This document shows, piece after piece, positions 11,378 through 27,097 of a DNA stretch of 64,000 nt. Source of the stretch: Felis catus (Eukaryota); the NCBI RefSeq assembly GCF_018350175.1, contig NC_058369.1, positions 9,922,001-9,986,000 of the forward strand. The letters are read 5' to 3'. The position numbers were made by a program, and so were the translations under genes. The notes under the pieces were generated by a model, which had not been told where the DNA came from, made no database searches, and saw only the letters and a program-made list of their open reading frames with translations. How positions within the stretch are numbered: the first letter of the stretch is position 1; the number at the start of each line of letters is the position of its first letter.

Positions 11378-14300
11378 TCACATGACCACACAACACTGGC
11401 ACGTCTTTTGCTTAGGGCCACTTGCCTCTTCACCCTCGGGAGGGGCAGGTGGCTCGGGCTGCCGGGCAGGTGCATAGGTGGGCACGGGGCGGGCACTAGG
11501 GTTGGCCCTGGGCCCTTCCACCTGAAGCAGTGGCTGGCACTCGGCAGGCTGCTCTGGAGCTGGGGTCTCTGCCAGGAGGGGGGTGGTGGCGTCTCCTGAG
11601 GGGCCCTGGCCCTCAGCAGGGGTTTGGGGCCTTACAGATTCTTCCTCCAGGGAGCCTTCCTGCATCTCCTGGGGCTGTGGTCCTTCCTCCTCCGGCCTTG
11701 ACTCTTCCTTGGCCCCCAAGGAAGCCCCTGCCTCACTCACCTCCTCCGCCTGACATTCCTTTCCTCCTCCGGACTCTCTCTGCTCTTCTGGACTCAGATC
11801 TTCAACCACGTCAGTCTTCTCTGCCTTCAGTGACGCCTCCCCTCCTCTCTCTGCTTCCGACGGCGCCTCACCTCCTCCTTTCTCTGCCCCCAGTGGCGCC
11901 TCACCTCCTGTTCTCTCTGCCTTCAGTGACGCCTCCCCTCCTCTCTCTGCCTCCGAGGGCGCCTCACCTCCTTTCTCAGCTCCCAATAGTGCCTCACCTC
12001 CTGTTCTCTCTGCCTCCGAGGGCGCCTCACCTCCTCCTTTCTCTGCCTCCAGTGATTTCTCGCCTTCCTTTCTCTCTGTCACCAATGGTTCTTCAGTCGC
12101 CTCTAGTTTTTCTTCATCTTCTTTCTGCTCTACTCGCAATGGCCCCTCACCTCTTTCCCTCTCGGCCCTCAAAGGTCCCTCAACTGCCTCTCTTGCGGCT
12201 GACGGTGGTTCCTCAACTGCTTTCCTCTCTGGCCTCAGCTCTTCCTCCCCTCCTCCCCTCTCTGGCTCCAAAGAGCCCTCGCTTCCCCGCCTCTCCCCCA
12301 CCAGAGACACGTCCGCCCCTGCCTCTTCCTCAGTCCCCTTCTTTCCTTCGCCCACTGATTCCACTGGTTCCTCTGCTTGGCTCCTTCCCGCCCCCCAGGC
12401 ATCCTCCCCTGCCCCCCTCTCCACCCCCAGCGGACTCTCAGGCCCTCCCCTGCCTCCCCGTGCCCTTGGCCCTTCCAACCCCTCCACGACCAGCTCCTCC
12501 CACTCTTCGCTGAGGGTCACCCTCTCCACCCAAATGAAGGACCCCTCCTCTCCTCCAGAGCCCCCTGGCCCATCACCGTCAGAGCTGCCCCTGGGGACGC
12601 CGCCTTCTCCAGGAGCTGCTCCCTCTAGCCTCACCTGGAGCCTCGGGGAGCTGGTCTGTGCGGCCTTCTGGCCCCTGCCCCCCTCCCCTGTGGCCTCGGA
12701 GTCGCTGCTCTCCGGCCCTCCCACCCCCTCCCAGACCACCTCCACGATGCCCCTGTCCTCCTTCACCCAGGATGGGGGCTCTGGGCAGGCAGCTTCCTGC
12801 CTGTCCCCAATGGCCTCCAGCACCATTTCCTCTACCTTAGCCTCCAGCTCTGGGCCCGTGGCCTCCGTGGCACAGTCCTCTGTGGCCCTCAGCCCCTCCC
12901 ATACCACCTCCACCACGCCCCCTCCTTTGGCCTCACCCACGCCCCCCTCGGATGCTGCCAGCCCCTGACTCGGCCCCTGTTCTGCAGCGGGGCTGGGTCC
13001 AGGGCAGGGGCCGTTGGCTTCTGAGGAGGCCCCTGCTGCCCCAGGGAACAGCCTCAGGGTGGGTGGAACCCTGACAGCCTCATCTCTGGGCTCAGAGGGG
13101 GACTCTGGGGAGGTGTCCACTGGTCCAGCTGGAAGGGAGGCTCTCCTGCTCAGATCAGTGTGGCCTTGGGGAGTAAGGGGAGGAAAGGAGAGGAGACAGG
13201 GGGCAACAGAGTGAGACCCTGGCCCCCCAGATTCAGGCCCCTCTTCGTGGGACCCCCAGACCTGGGGCCCAAACACCCACCTGTGGGACCTGCCTCCACG
13301 GTAGGCTGGGAGAGAGGTCGATGACCCTGCAGGGGTAACAGAGACAAGGTGAGGCCAGCCAGCGTCTCCACCTCCAACCTCCCTGCGTGCTGGTTCGCTC
13401 CCCAACCCAGACACCCTCGATGGCTCCTCCATCAAGTTCAGGACCACACCCTCCTCAGCCTTCCTCACCTGTCTTACCGCTCTCTGCTCAAGTGCCCCCC
13501 ACACAGTAGGTGCTTAATCAATACTGTGTTCATGGGCCAACAGCTCTGTATTAGGAACCTATTCCGTCAGCTACTGAGATTGCTGTGGACAAGGGACACT
13601 TACTTAAGCCTTTTGCTATTGGAACTTACGTTCTAGGGGCTGGGGTCTAAACATAAACACAAATAAATCTGTAATGTCCGGAGTGAGAAAGACTACGGCA
13701 GGAAAAAACGAAAAGTAGGACGAGGGGCTACAGAGAGCCTGGGAGGTGGTGGGGTGCCTCCTTTATGTAGAAGATGCAGGAGGGCCTCTAGGAGGAAGTG
13801 ACATTGAGCAGAGACCTGAAGCGTGAGAGGAGCTGGCCTCGAGGCTCAAGAGGTAGATACAGCCATTCCAGGCAGAGGGGAGAGCAAGTGCAAAAGGCCT
13901 GGGGCCGCAATGAGCTGACAAGGTCAAGGACTAGAAAAGAGGGTCAGCGCTGCTGTAGTAGGGTGAGGGAAAGGGCAAGAGTATGAAAATGGGCTCAGAG
14001 AAGCAGGGGGTGGGGGCAGCCTGCTCGGTCAAACCCCAGGGATCTCCTCCTCACAGTTCCCTGTAAGATAAGAATCTTCTTTCCAGCCTCCAGGCTTTCG
14101 TGTGGGCTGTTTCCTCTGCCTGGAATTCTCTTTCCCCTCTTGCCTGGTCCCCAGCAGACTCCATACAGATACCACGGCCTCCAGGAAGCCTTCCTGGGTC
14201 ACTCGGGTGATTCCTCTGTGCTCCTCCCATGCCCAGGGCTCCCCTGTCACAGACTCTTGGATAGTGGGCTCCTCTCTAAACTCCTGGCCTATACTAAAAA

Positions 14301-17300
14301 CCCAACAAACTCTTCCCAGATCCATTAACAGGTCTCTTGGCCCTCTGCCCTGCCAGAGGCACCTGGGAATCTTAATAAAGGTGCTACCAAAACAGAAACC
14401 CGTGTGGATGCCTCAGATCACAAGAGCGTCTCATGGTGACCCATTCCTCCCTTTGAAAAGAACAAATTCCACGAGCACTGCACCCCCCCCCCCCCGTTTT
14501 CCCACCACATTCCTCATTCTGGCATTAGCAGTCCCACAACAAAACTTCCCCAGGCCCGTTCCTAGGATCATGTCCACCCCCCCACCCCCCCCCCACCTCT
14601 TCCACATGTGTGCGGTCGTTCCTCTCATTTTAGACATAGGGAAACTGAGGCCTGAACAACGAAAGCGACTTGCCCCAGACCACAGAGCAGAGAAACAGCA
14701 GAGGACTTAGAGGTTAAACCGCACTTGGAGAAGGCCCGCTTTGGTCCCTGCTGACCGCACCTCGCCCCCTCCCATTTGCTCCCCCGCCCCGGGTTCTCAC
14801 CTGTCTGCGCCAGGTGGGCCTGCCGGGGGACTTGTGCTGGGCACCTGTGGATGCACTTTGCAACAGCTGCAGCTGGGATTGGAGTCTGAGGGAGAGAGGA
14901 GGCTGCTGGGAGCCGGGCCCCCAGGCTCGACGCCAAGGCTCCCTCAATGTGCCACTTCCCCGGTGTGGACCTGGAGCCCTGGCCTAGCCAGGCCGGCAAA
15001 GCCAGCAGGCAGGGGCCCAACTCACGTGAACAAGCTGTCTTCCAAGTTGCGGATTCGGGCCTGAGCCTGGCCCTCAGGTGACTGGGGGTCTTTAGAGGTG
15101 GAGTCCTCCTGCTGCTCCGGCTCCTCAGCTGCCCCGTCCATGAGCCAACGCTCCCGGAGAGACTTCCTCTGGGCACGGGAGGGGAGCTCTGGCTGTGCAT
15201 ACTGGCTACCCCACCCCATGGAGGGCTCCCTCCTAATCCCCGAGCTGGGAAGATTTCTTATTGTCCAAAACCACCCGAATGGCACAGACATCTCTCTTTC
15301 AGGTGAGGATATGATCCCCCCCCTCAACGCTGCCAGGTGGGACAGACACCCCAATACCAGCCTAGAGATCTCCCAGGCTGGAACAAAACACCCCTCATCT
15401 CCCCACCCCTTCCAGAATGGGACAGGCACTCCCAGAGATGAAATCAACGTCTCTATGGGCCCCTCCCTACCCAAAGCTGGGCAAACACCTTCGCTGTCCC
15501 CATACTCTTCCCAAAGGTGGTACAAATGTCCCCATCATTATCACCACCACCCCCTCCCACCACCACCCGCTCTCCCAAGCAGAGGAAAAACGCCCGCCTA
15601 AGCTGGAACCAATACCCCCTGCTGCCCCCACCCAAACTGGACAGCGCCTCCCATGATCCCCCAGACCGACTCTCATTGATACCCCCACTTCGTTGCCCAG
15701 GCTTGACAGGCGCCCCCGCCCGCCCCCAACCTTGAGCCGCTCCACGCGGAGTTTCTCCTCTTCCAGCTCCCGGCGCGCGGCGCGGATCTCCTCCTGCAGC
15801 CGCCGCTTCTCCTGCGCACAGAGGACCCGGAGCTGCCCGTGGGCCGGGCGGGGCCGCCACCTCCCCTTCCGCCTGCCCTCCTCCTCGGGGCTCCCGGGAC
15901 TCCCGGGGCTGCGAACGGGGCGGGGCGGCGGAGCGCACGTCGGGGGCCCCCGGCGGGGAGGGGGCTGCGGAGGCGCTGACTCAGCAGCGGGTGGGGGCGG
16001 GGCGGCGGGGGCGGGGCCGGCCGCGCCCGCGATGCTGCGGAGGCCTCGCCGGCGCCGAATGGGGCGGGGGGGGGGGGGGGGGGGTCTGTGGAAGGGGGTG
16101 GGGCCTTGGGATGGAGATCCCAAAGGGAGACCGAGCTGTGGGGGGGGGTCCGAGATCCGGGGTCACGAGAGAGGCGATTCAGAGATAATGGGGGTCTAGA
16201 TATCAGAGGAAGGGGGTGATGAGATGGGGGGGGGGCGTGGAGATGAGGTCCAGAGAGATGAAGGGGGAGAAGTCGAGAGCAGAGAGAGGGGACTTGGTGA
16301 GATAGGGGTTCAGAGGGATGGGGTACAGATCTGAGGGTCAGGAGGATGGGGGTTTAGAGAGGCCAGGGTGTTGAGATGGGATCCAGAAAGATGGGGGCGC
16401 AGGAGTGGGGGAGCAGAGAGATAGGGGTTAGTGAGATGGGGGTTCATAGAGATGGGGTTCAGACATGAGGTGTTTGAGAGACCGAGGTTCAAGAATGGAG
16501 CATCGGATGTGGATTCTGGGAGTGTGGGGTGCACAGCCTCACCATTCTGGGGGTGGTGGCGACCAGATAGAGGAACTGGGGAGCAGAGGGGCCTGAGGAT
16601 TTAGGTGGGGCGCTCCAAGGCAGGGCTGGAGCTGAGGGTGCTGCCCACCCCCCCTCCTCACTTCACAGGTTTAGGTCTGCTTCCCTGGATGAGAGTGAGG
16701 CGAGGAAGAAACCTAGGGAATGGCTGGGAGCGCCCAGGTTCGGGGAAGGAGGGGAGGGGTGGTGGAGGGGGGCGCCAGAAGCGGGGGTGGGGGTGGGGGG
16801 TGGGGAAGGAGGGGTAACTCACTTACAGCAATGACCTCTAGCCGCTGACGGTAGAGGGAGCTCTCGGCCATGGGCCTGTGAGAAGAGGGCAGAGACTGGG
16901 GAGGGGGTCTTCCCAGGTCCCCACCCCTCGACAGGCCACCTCCCGAATGCCCCTTTCTGGATCAAGATCCCTGAGCTGCTTGGAAACCAACTAAAGCCCA
17001 GCATTTTCCTCTATTTCCCCTCTGCAACTGAAAGGTGTTGGAGTAGAGGGCAGGGGGTCCTATGAGGGGGAGAGAGCAGAGACGCTGACAAGCTGAGCTA
17101 AAGCCCTTCCTAGGCTTGACATCACTTCTCTGAGCCTCAGTTTCCTCATCTGTAAAATGGGTCAGAATAGCTTGATCCTCACCTTATAGAGAGGTGCCCT
17201 TGCAAGGAAGTCTCCATGCAGGGGGGAAAAAATGGACATAGTGTTCCTAAAACAGTAGCATCATTTATTATCATTCATAACTTTAATAATTCCCATGATT

Positions 17301-19383
17301 AATAATGTTTATGGTTATTTATGAGGAGCATTTCCAGGCTGGCCCTCAGATACTCTCAAATCCTGCCAGGCCCCTAACATGCTGTGTGTCTCTTTCCAAT
17401 TCTATACCCTCTCTGGACCTCAGCTCCTACCCAGGATACCTTAAGCACCAGGGGTTGAGGGAGTCTGGGGAGAGAAGCGTCCATCCCACCATGGACGCAT
17501 GCTATCCCCATGGTAACTATGGAGCTACCTGCCAAATCCCCTCCCTGGGAGCAAATGTTACCAGGACATGTAGCCTAGCGCTGGACTCTGAGCTGGGAGG
17601 AGACAGAAGGGTCTTGCTGTTTAAGGTTTAACCTGAGATGCCGCCATTGTTGATTTCCTTGCAGCACCCCAGGATCCCCGATTTCCAGCCCCAGAGCTGC
17701 CCCTTCTGTGCTTCCCTGGAAGCAAGAGGCTGACTGTGGTACTTCAGGACACTTAGGGGACAGATGTTGTTACGTTAACTTGTCATCGCAGATGTGCATT
17801 GAGTACCCCCTACCTGCAGGCGTTTCATAGGCCAGTATCTACAAGGATGCCTCTATTTGTCTGTTGTCCCTGACACTTAGCCCAGGGAGGGCACAGGGCA
17901 AGCCCTCAAACATTTATTAATTTGAGCACTAACTCTAGGGGGTGAGCATTAGCCTCATTGCCCAAACTGTGCCAGGGCCTCCCAGATCTTCCCTGGCCAC
18001 ACCATAAAGACATAATAGTGCGGATACTTAGCCCTTACTATCTATAGTGCTCTAAGTGCTCGACAGGGCTTCCGCCAGGCCCTCCCAGCCACCCCCGCCT
18101 CTCCCTCCCTGCCCTGATCTTGAGACACTGTCGTCCACTCTTTGCTGAGTTGATATTCTGACAATAAAATCAGCCAACCATTAGCCAGCGCATACCATGT
18201 TCCAGGTGCTGTTACATGCTATGCCTGTAGGAACTCATTTAATCCTTCCAAAGATCCTGGGAGGCAAGTAGTACGACTGTCCCTGTTTTATGGATGGGGA
18301 AACTGAGGCTCCAAGAAGTGGTGAAAAGACTTGTCTAAGGTCGCTGAGTCAGGATCAGAACTCAGGGCTCTCAGGCCTCGAATACTGGGAACGCTGCGGG
18401 GGAAGAGGGGGAGTCCAGGCATCCTTGTCTTGGCGGCCAGGAGGCCAGAGATCAGCCTGGGGGTTCCCGATTTCACTCGGGGCAGGGGGCTGAAGTCCTG
18501 CTTTGCAGGGTATCCCAAAGGGAGCCCAGACCCCCTACTAATAGGTTTGCCCTTGGGGGAGGGCTGACATCCTCCCTCTGCTGTCCCATTCCCAAGATGT
18601 AACCTCCTTGCCTCTTCCTTGCTGGGGGGGGGGGGGTGGGGTGATCAGGTTCCCGTTGCTAGGCAACCAGGTTTGTAGTTGGTGAATAATGCATCAGGGG
18701 ACCCAAAAGAGTGAGGAACCAAATTGGGGTCCCTGGGGGGAAACTCTTTACAAACCTCTGGAGCCCCTCCACCCTCTTACTTTAAAAGGCCCTCAAACCT
18801 TGAATGTTAAAACCCTCCGCACACCCCATTTGATATTGTCTGTCTCCAACTCTACAAGAACAGGGTTCGTGGCTATGGCCTGTTGTCACCAGGAGCAATG
18901 GGTGGCCCTTTCATTAAGCCGGTGATGGTTGCAATTTTGCCATCACCTTTCCCAGTTGGGCAGCTGTTAACTTTCTCTGTTGTATCTCAAGCATTTCTTC
19001 CTACCCTGGAAGCTGAGGGGTGTTTCAAGAGGCAAAACATGGGAGTGAGGAACCCTGGCGTTTCCTGGCCCCCCAGTCCTAGCCCCACCCCCCAGCCTGG
19101 ACTTTGAGCTTGAAGACTGCCAGTGGAAAAATCCCGGAAAAAAGAAAGTGGAGGTCCACATCTCCAACCCGACTCTGGGGAGAGGGATCCGAAGAGCCTG
19201 CGGGGTTGCCTGCTGACCTCTCTCCGCTCCCCCTGGTCCCCTTAGGAGAGGCCAGCTGGGGCTCCCACCCCGTGGAAAGGCCAGTGACCCTCCCAGGCCC
19301 TGCGCACCCGGCCCCCCCTCCCCCCCTCCCCAGGACACTTACGTGGGTGTGGCCGGAGACCACATCTGGCTCTGCAGGGCCAT
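11378..19383 (-). CDS. PALM3: Paralemmin-3, complete, about 743 aa, C-terminal palmitoylation/CaaX motif
   Basis: Exons 19383-19343 (MALQSQMWSPATPT), 16875-16827 (PMAESSLYRQRLEVIA), 15811-15731 (EKRRLQEEIRAARRELEEEKLRVERLK), 15168-15026 (RKSLRERWLMDG..NLEDSLFT), 14885-14801, 13326-13281, 13164-11378. All GT-AG; total 2232 nt. Ends KQKTCQCCVVM*, the paralemmin-family terminus. Confidence 0.95.
15700..16090. promoter_or_regulatory. CpG island over PALM3 exon 3/intron 2 (possible alternative promoter)
   Basis: High CpG density, several GGGGCGGGG boxes, TGACTCA (AP-1-like) at 15977-15983. Confidence 0.5.
18655..18667. promoter_or_regulatory. RFX X-box-like motif in PALM3 intron 1
   Basis: GTTGCTAGGCAAC fits the RFX X-box pattern of GTTGCY/RGCAAC half-sites with a short spacer. 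Confidence 0.45.
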
Positions 19384-20129
19384 CTCTGCCCGGAAGCCCA
19401 CCTTCGTTTGGGTCTCCAAGATCAGGACCCCCCACCCGTTTGCTTGAAGGTGCCCTGGAGACTGTGACTTGGCTGGCTCGAAGGGGGGGGGGGCTGCAGG
19501 CGGGCACCGGGAGAGCTGGTCCAGCTGGTTTGGGTCAGGAGGCAGGAGGCAAACGGGGCGAGGGGGGCTGGGGGCTGGCGGGCAGTTCTGGGGAGGTACT
19601 ATCAGCTGTCCTGATAAATTATTTACCAGCCACTGGCCTCCTTGCCGCACTTGGCTGCCTCGCAGCAAACACACTCTCACGCGCGTGGTGCAGTGTGTGG
19701 GTGAGAACGGGGAGTCGCTGACCCCCTCCAGGGAATGGCACCTGCACTTGGCACCCCAGACGCCTCAAGTCCAGCTGCCCACCAAGGGTCACCAACATGT
19801 GAGCCTCATGGCGTAGCACACGTGTGGGATACTCTTATGCACGACTGCCCCTCCCTTCCTGGACCCTGGTGGGGAGGGAGGGACTGATCCAGCTAAGGGA
19901 TTCTGGAGCCCAGAGGCTGAGCACCATGGGAATCAGGCCTGGCCCAGGGGTTTCTAGGCCTCAGTCTGCCCTTTTGTGAAATTAGATCAGGTGGCCTCCA
20001 GGACCCTGACACCCCTCAGATGTTATAACAATTAGGGATGGGGTGGTGATGAGGAATGTCCAGAGAACTTCCTACCCAAATCCTCCCCATCCTGTTCTTT
20101 TTAAAAAAAAAAAACTATTTATTTTATTT

Positions 20130-20527
20130 TGTTTTAAGTTTATTTATTTTGAGGGAGACAGAGACAACGTGAGCAGGGGAGAGGCAGAGAGAGAGAATTC
20201 CAAGCAGGCTCTGCACCATCAGTGCAGAGCCTGACGTGGGGCTCGAACTCATGAAACGGTGAGATCATGATCTAAGCTGAAACGGAGAGTCTGGATGCTT
20301 AACTGACTGAGCCACCCAGGTGCCCATTATCATTACTATTTAAAAATGTTTATTTTTGGGGTGTCTGGGTGGCTCAGTGGGTTAAGCATCCAACTTCCGC
20401 TCAGGTCATGATCTTGCGGTTGGTGGTGAGTTCGAGTCCCGCGTCAGGCTCTGTGCTGACAGCTCAGAGCCTGGAGCCTGCTTCAGATTCTGTGTCTCCC
20501 TCTCTCTGCCCCTCCCCAACTCACGTG

Positions 20528-20577
<50 letters not shown>

Positions 20578-23324
20578 TTGAATGTTTATTTTTGAGTGAG
20601 AGAGAAAGATAGAGAGAGTGAGAGGGAGAGACAGAATCCTAAGCAGGCTCCATGCTGTCAGCACAGAGCCTAATGTGGGGCTGGAACTCACAAGCCTAAC
20701 TCTGAGATCAAGGCCTGAGCCAAAGTCAAAGTCTGCTGCTTAACCAACTGTTAAGCGCTCTCCCCATCCTGTTCTTAAAGGGCTAGCACACCCTTTATCA
20801 AATGACAGGGTGACTCATTTACCCTTTGCCACTTGGGGAACTCATCTCCTACTTTCCAGGCTAGTCTCTCACAGCTCCCAGTCCTCCCCTCATCAGAGCC
20901 CTGGTCATGCTGTGCAATTTGACAGAAGCCTCGGTGAGAAGGCTCCTTGCCCTCAGCTCCCTGCTCTAGAGGGCACACTCCAGCTAGGACCCCCTCCCCC
21001 CACCCCTGCCCCCAAGTGGCAAAGGTCAAGTACCTTCCTAACTCCTCCCTCCCTTTTGCAGATTCTCCTCAGGGTACTGGTGACCCCAGAATTCCCTATC
21101 TAAAGGGTCCTTAGCTTACCCATAAGGCCTCTGTGCCTTGTGAATGCAGACCCCACAACCAGGATGTGTCTCGCCCCACTGCCTCCAGCCTGAGAAGTGG
21201 TCAAAGGCAGCTATTGGCAGAGGGGTAAGGATAAAGCTGGGACTCGTGGTTCAGAGCCCCTCCTCCGTGCGGGCACCAGCCTCCTTGCTATGCAGGAGAG
21301 CATTGAAAGGGAGAAGTACAGGAGGCCAGACTGAGACCTGGGGTTTCCCTGTGCCCCACATTCTAGTACGAAACTCCTAGGGATCCAAAATGTTTTTGTT
21401 TGAACCTGGCCTTCTAAGTCATTCTGAAAATGCATTTGCTATGATAAGAGAACACATTTAAAAAAATTTTTTAAAGTGTATTTATTTTGAGAGAGAGAGA
21501 GAGAGGGAGTGCACGTGGGGTAGGGACAGAGAGAGAGGGAGAGAGACTTCCAAGCAGGCTCTGCGCCGACACGGTGCGGATCCTGACGCGGGGCTCCAAC
21601 TCGTGAATCGTGAGATCATGACATGAGCTGAAATCAAGAGTTGGACACCTAACGGACTGAGCCACCCAGGTGCCCCAAGATTGTTCTATTTATAATCGGG
21701 TCTGTCTCCCAAACTCAACTGTACCTTCCCAGTCTGATGTGTTTCTTTATTTCCAGCACGGGGGTAGGCGCCTAGTGAGTATCATTAAAGAATTCTTAAG
21801 CAACCGTTGTGTATCAGGTATTGTTCTAGGCATGAGGTAGTTGGGTCTAGAGGTGAGCAAACAGAAAATGCTGTAATGCAGCTCACTTTTGGTGGTGACG
21901 AGGAGAGAGCGATAATATACAGATAAAGGCAATTGGTAATAACTGCCATTTGGGTGAGTCACAGAAGATAGCAGGATTAGGGTTACGGAGAAGGGCTGTG
22001 TGTGATGCAGGGTGGGTGATCAGGGACTATTTGTCTAAGGAAGTGATATTTGAGTCAAGACCTGCATAGCTGAAGCCAGCCAGGGGGTGAGTCCTTCCAA
22101 GCAGAGAAAGAAAGGCAAGTCAGTGCAAAGGTCCTGAGGTAGGAGTGCAGTTGGGGGTTTGAGGGAAGCACAAAGGCTGGAATGGAGGAGTGAGGGAGAG
22201 TGTCAGAAGATGAGATCTGAGAAGTGGGCAGGGCCTTCTGGGTCAGAGTGGGGAGTCTGGGTTTTTCTGGTTGGTGGGTGGGGAGCCACCACTCAGTGAA
22301 GAGGGCAGTGTAGTGGCTGGGACTAGGGTGGAGAGAAGTGGACGAATTCAGAATATGTTTTGGAGGCAGAGTCAACAGATTCAACAGCAATCCAGCATGG
22401 GGATGGATTGGAACAGGGCTGAGAGAGAGAAGTTGAGGTAGATTCCTAGGTTTGGGGCGTGAAAAACAGAATGGATGAGTTGTCACACATGGTGAAGAGC
22501 AGGGCTGGAGTAGGGGCGGGAGCCGAGAGCTCAGTTTTGAAAATGTTCAGTTGGAGGGGCGCCGGGGTGGCTCAGCCGGTTGAGCCGCCCAACTTCGGCT
22601 CAGGGCATGATCTCACAGCTCGTGGGTTCGGGCCCCGCGTCGGGCTCTGTGCTGACAGCTGGACGCCGGGAGCCTGCCTGGGATTCTGTGTCTCCCTCTC
22701 TCTCTGCCCCTCCCCCGCTCACACTCCCTCTCTCTCTGTCTCTCAAAAACACATAAACGTCGAAAAAACCCAATTTTAAACCCAGAGGAGAAGTCAGAGG
22801 TAGAGATTTGAGAGACACCAGCACAGAGATGTTGTTTAAAGTATGAGGTTGTGGGGGCGCCCAGGTGGCTCCGGGGGTTAAGCCTGGGACTCTTGATTTC
22901 GGTTCAGGTTATGATCTCACCGTCCGTGAGTTCAAGCCTGTGTTGGGCTCCTCGTTGAAAGCGCAGAGGCTGCTTGGTATTCTCTCTCTCAAAATAAATA
23001 AATACACTTAAAAAAATAAAATAAAGTATGAGGTTGGAATTGGTCAGGGGCTGAGTGCTGGCAGGGAAGAGATGGCATACTCACACTGAGTAACTCATCA
23101 GAGCTCAGTCAAGAGTTAGGTTTTAAAAAAATGTTTGTTTATTTTTGAGAGAGAGGAAGAGAGGGGAGAGCAAGCAGGGGAGGGGCTGAGCCAGGGAGAC
23201 AGGAAACCAAGCCTGCTCCTTGCTGACAGCAGAGAGCCAGATGCAGGGCTTGAGCTCACCAACGGCGAGACCATGACCTGAGCTGAGACCGGAGGCTTAA
23301 CTGACTGAGCCACCCAGGCACCCC
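20130..23324. mobile_element. Can-SINEs (about 20130-20325 -, 20358-20580 +, 20580-20760 -, 21465-21676 -, 22556-22775 +, 22854-23020 +, 23120-23324 -) with L2 remnants between
   Basis: SINEC head/tail motifs; L2-like sequence at about 21780-22550. Confidence 0.8.
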
Positions 23325-25103
23325 AAAAAAGAGTTGGTTTACAAAGGTTTGGGGAAACAATCTCTGTTAGCAACAGCCCGGGGCCGTATCCACGCACTGG
23401 CCTTGGCGAGAGAGCTGTGCGGAGTAACTACCAGCAGCGGGGGACCAAGCAGCGTGGCTTACGGGCAGGGGCATGGAATAAACGTGCTGACCTCACTCCC
23501 CCTCTCCCGTCAGCCAACCCCAGCGGAAGCCAGGGGGGAAAGGAAGCCTGTCCATGCAGGTGAAACAGAAGTCTGAGAAGAAACGCCTGAGAGGGAAACC
23601 AGGAGAAGACGGCATCCTCAGAGACCCAGGATTTAATGGAAGAGGAAGTCAGACCCGGAACCAGGGTCTGGCAAGTGAAGTCCATCCGTGACCTTGGATG
23701 GAAAAGGCTCGGTGGGGTGGTGGGACCCAGAGCCTTGTCAGTGCTGTCGAACATGAACAGGAGGCGATGAAGACGAGAGAATGCTGTAGACAACTCTTTC
23801 CAGAAGTAAAGCTTTAATCTTCATGACCCCCCCCCCCCCAGCAAGTGGACACCGCTCTGCCCATTTTACAGACGAGGGAACTGAGCCTCGGCGGAAGGCT
23901 GGTGCCTTGCGGAGGTTTTGCGTGGGATGGAACCCAGCTGGGCCCAATTCCAATTAGGCCAAAGGGGTCAGAGGGAGGAGCTTGAGACTAGGATCCCCGG
24001 GAAGGAGGGGAGTCACCAGAGTAGGCGGAGAGCTGGGGGAAGGAGTGATTGTTAATTGGATTATTGGAGGTTCCCAGGCTGTTCAGCAACCCCCCCCCCC
24101 AACCTTTCTCTAGGTAACTATATCTTTCTTCCTGGTCACCCTAGAACGGTAGAGTAGGGCCAGAGGACAGATTTGGGGAGAGCCTGGGGGAGGAGAGTGA
24201 AAATGTCTTTGGGGGTGGGTCGGCGCGGGGGCGTCGACCCTGCTGCCTCTGAACGCCAAGATCTGGCGCCAGCTGCGGAGAGCTGCTCCACACCGCAAGC
24301 CTGGATACCTCTCCGGGCCTTCCCAGCCGTCTGGGCCCAAGGTGACCGCCTTTCAACCGCAGCTGCTCCTCTAAGCCACGGGCGCGCTGGGTCTGTCCGT
24401 CCCTCTTCCCTCAGTCTGGAAGTGCACTTGGCCGCGGACGCCTTGCGGACTTTTCCAGGAGGGGTGCGGGGAAGCAGCCTGGGGCTTGACGCGAGCGGCG
24501 GGTCCACCTCTCGGAAGAAGCCTAGTGGAGCCCAGGCACTGGGCGGGGGGAGCTTGCGACGCGCCATGAGAGGGCTCCTGGCGCCCCCTTCAGTCTGAGC
24601 TGTGCGCTGCAGGGGTGGAACGTGGATGGACAGCCCGGGGGCGTTGCTGCCCGCTGGTCTGGGCGGGGCTAGCAAGGCTTCGGAAAGATGGCTTTGGAGC
24701 ACACCGGCACCAGAAAGCCGGCGGTTCAAACACCCGACCCAGGACAGAGTTGGGGTCAAGCCTCCCGGGAATGCCGGGGACGTGAGGGCGAAAAGGTGCC
24801 AGGGTGGCGCCCCGTTAGTGGAACGGCACCCAGACTTGTCCCCCAGCCGGCGGGCCAAGTCTGGGGAAGCCCTCCTACGAGAAGTCTGGTGCCCTGAGCT
24901 GACCTGAGGCGCGTCAGTGAACCAAATGCAGTGCCCTGCCGGGGCGCCCCCGCCCCGAGGGCGGGGCCAGGGCGGGGCCCAAGTCTTTCCTGCAGGTGCA
25001 GGGGGCGGTGCCCGGCCCTGTCCCCGGGGGCCGTTCTCGGAGGCCAGGGGCGGGTCAGAGAAGCGGCTGAGGTAGGCGACGCCTTAGAACCCGCGGGCGG
25101 TGA

Positions 25104-27097
<1,994 letters not shown>

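Noticed and set aside
11530..12968. Plus-strand 327-aa and 144-aa Pro/Leu/Ser-rich ORFs
   Set aside because: Antisense shadows of the Glu/Gly-rich PALM3 last exon.
13165..13504. N-terminal part of the 708-aa ORF as a PALM3 start
   Set aside because: Intronic read-through; the exon starts at the acceptor at 13164, and upstream exons supply the paralemmin N-terminus.
19734..19803. Possible plus-strand first exon (MAPALGTPDASSPAAHQGSPT, t|gtgag) for a long MISP3 form
   Set aside because: Weak donor, no recognisable homology, and splicing to 24114 hits a stop at 24155; too speculative.
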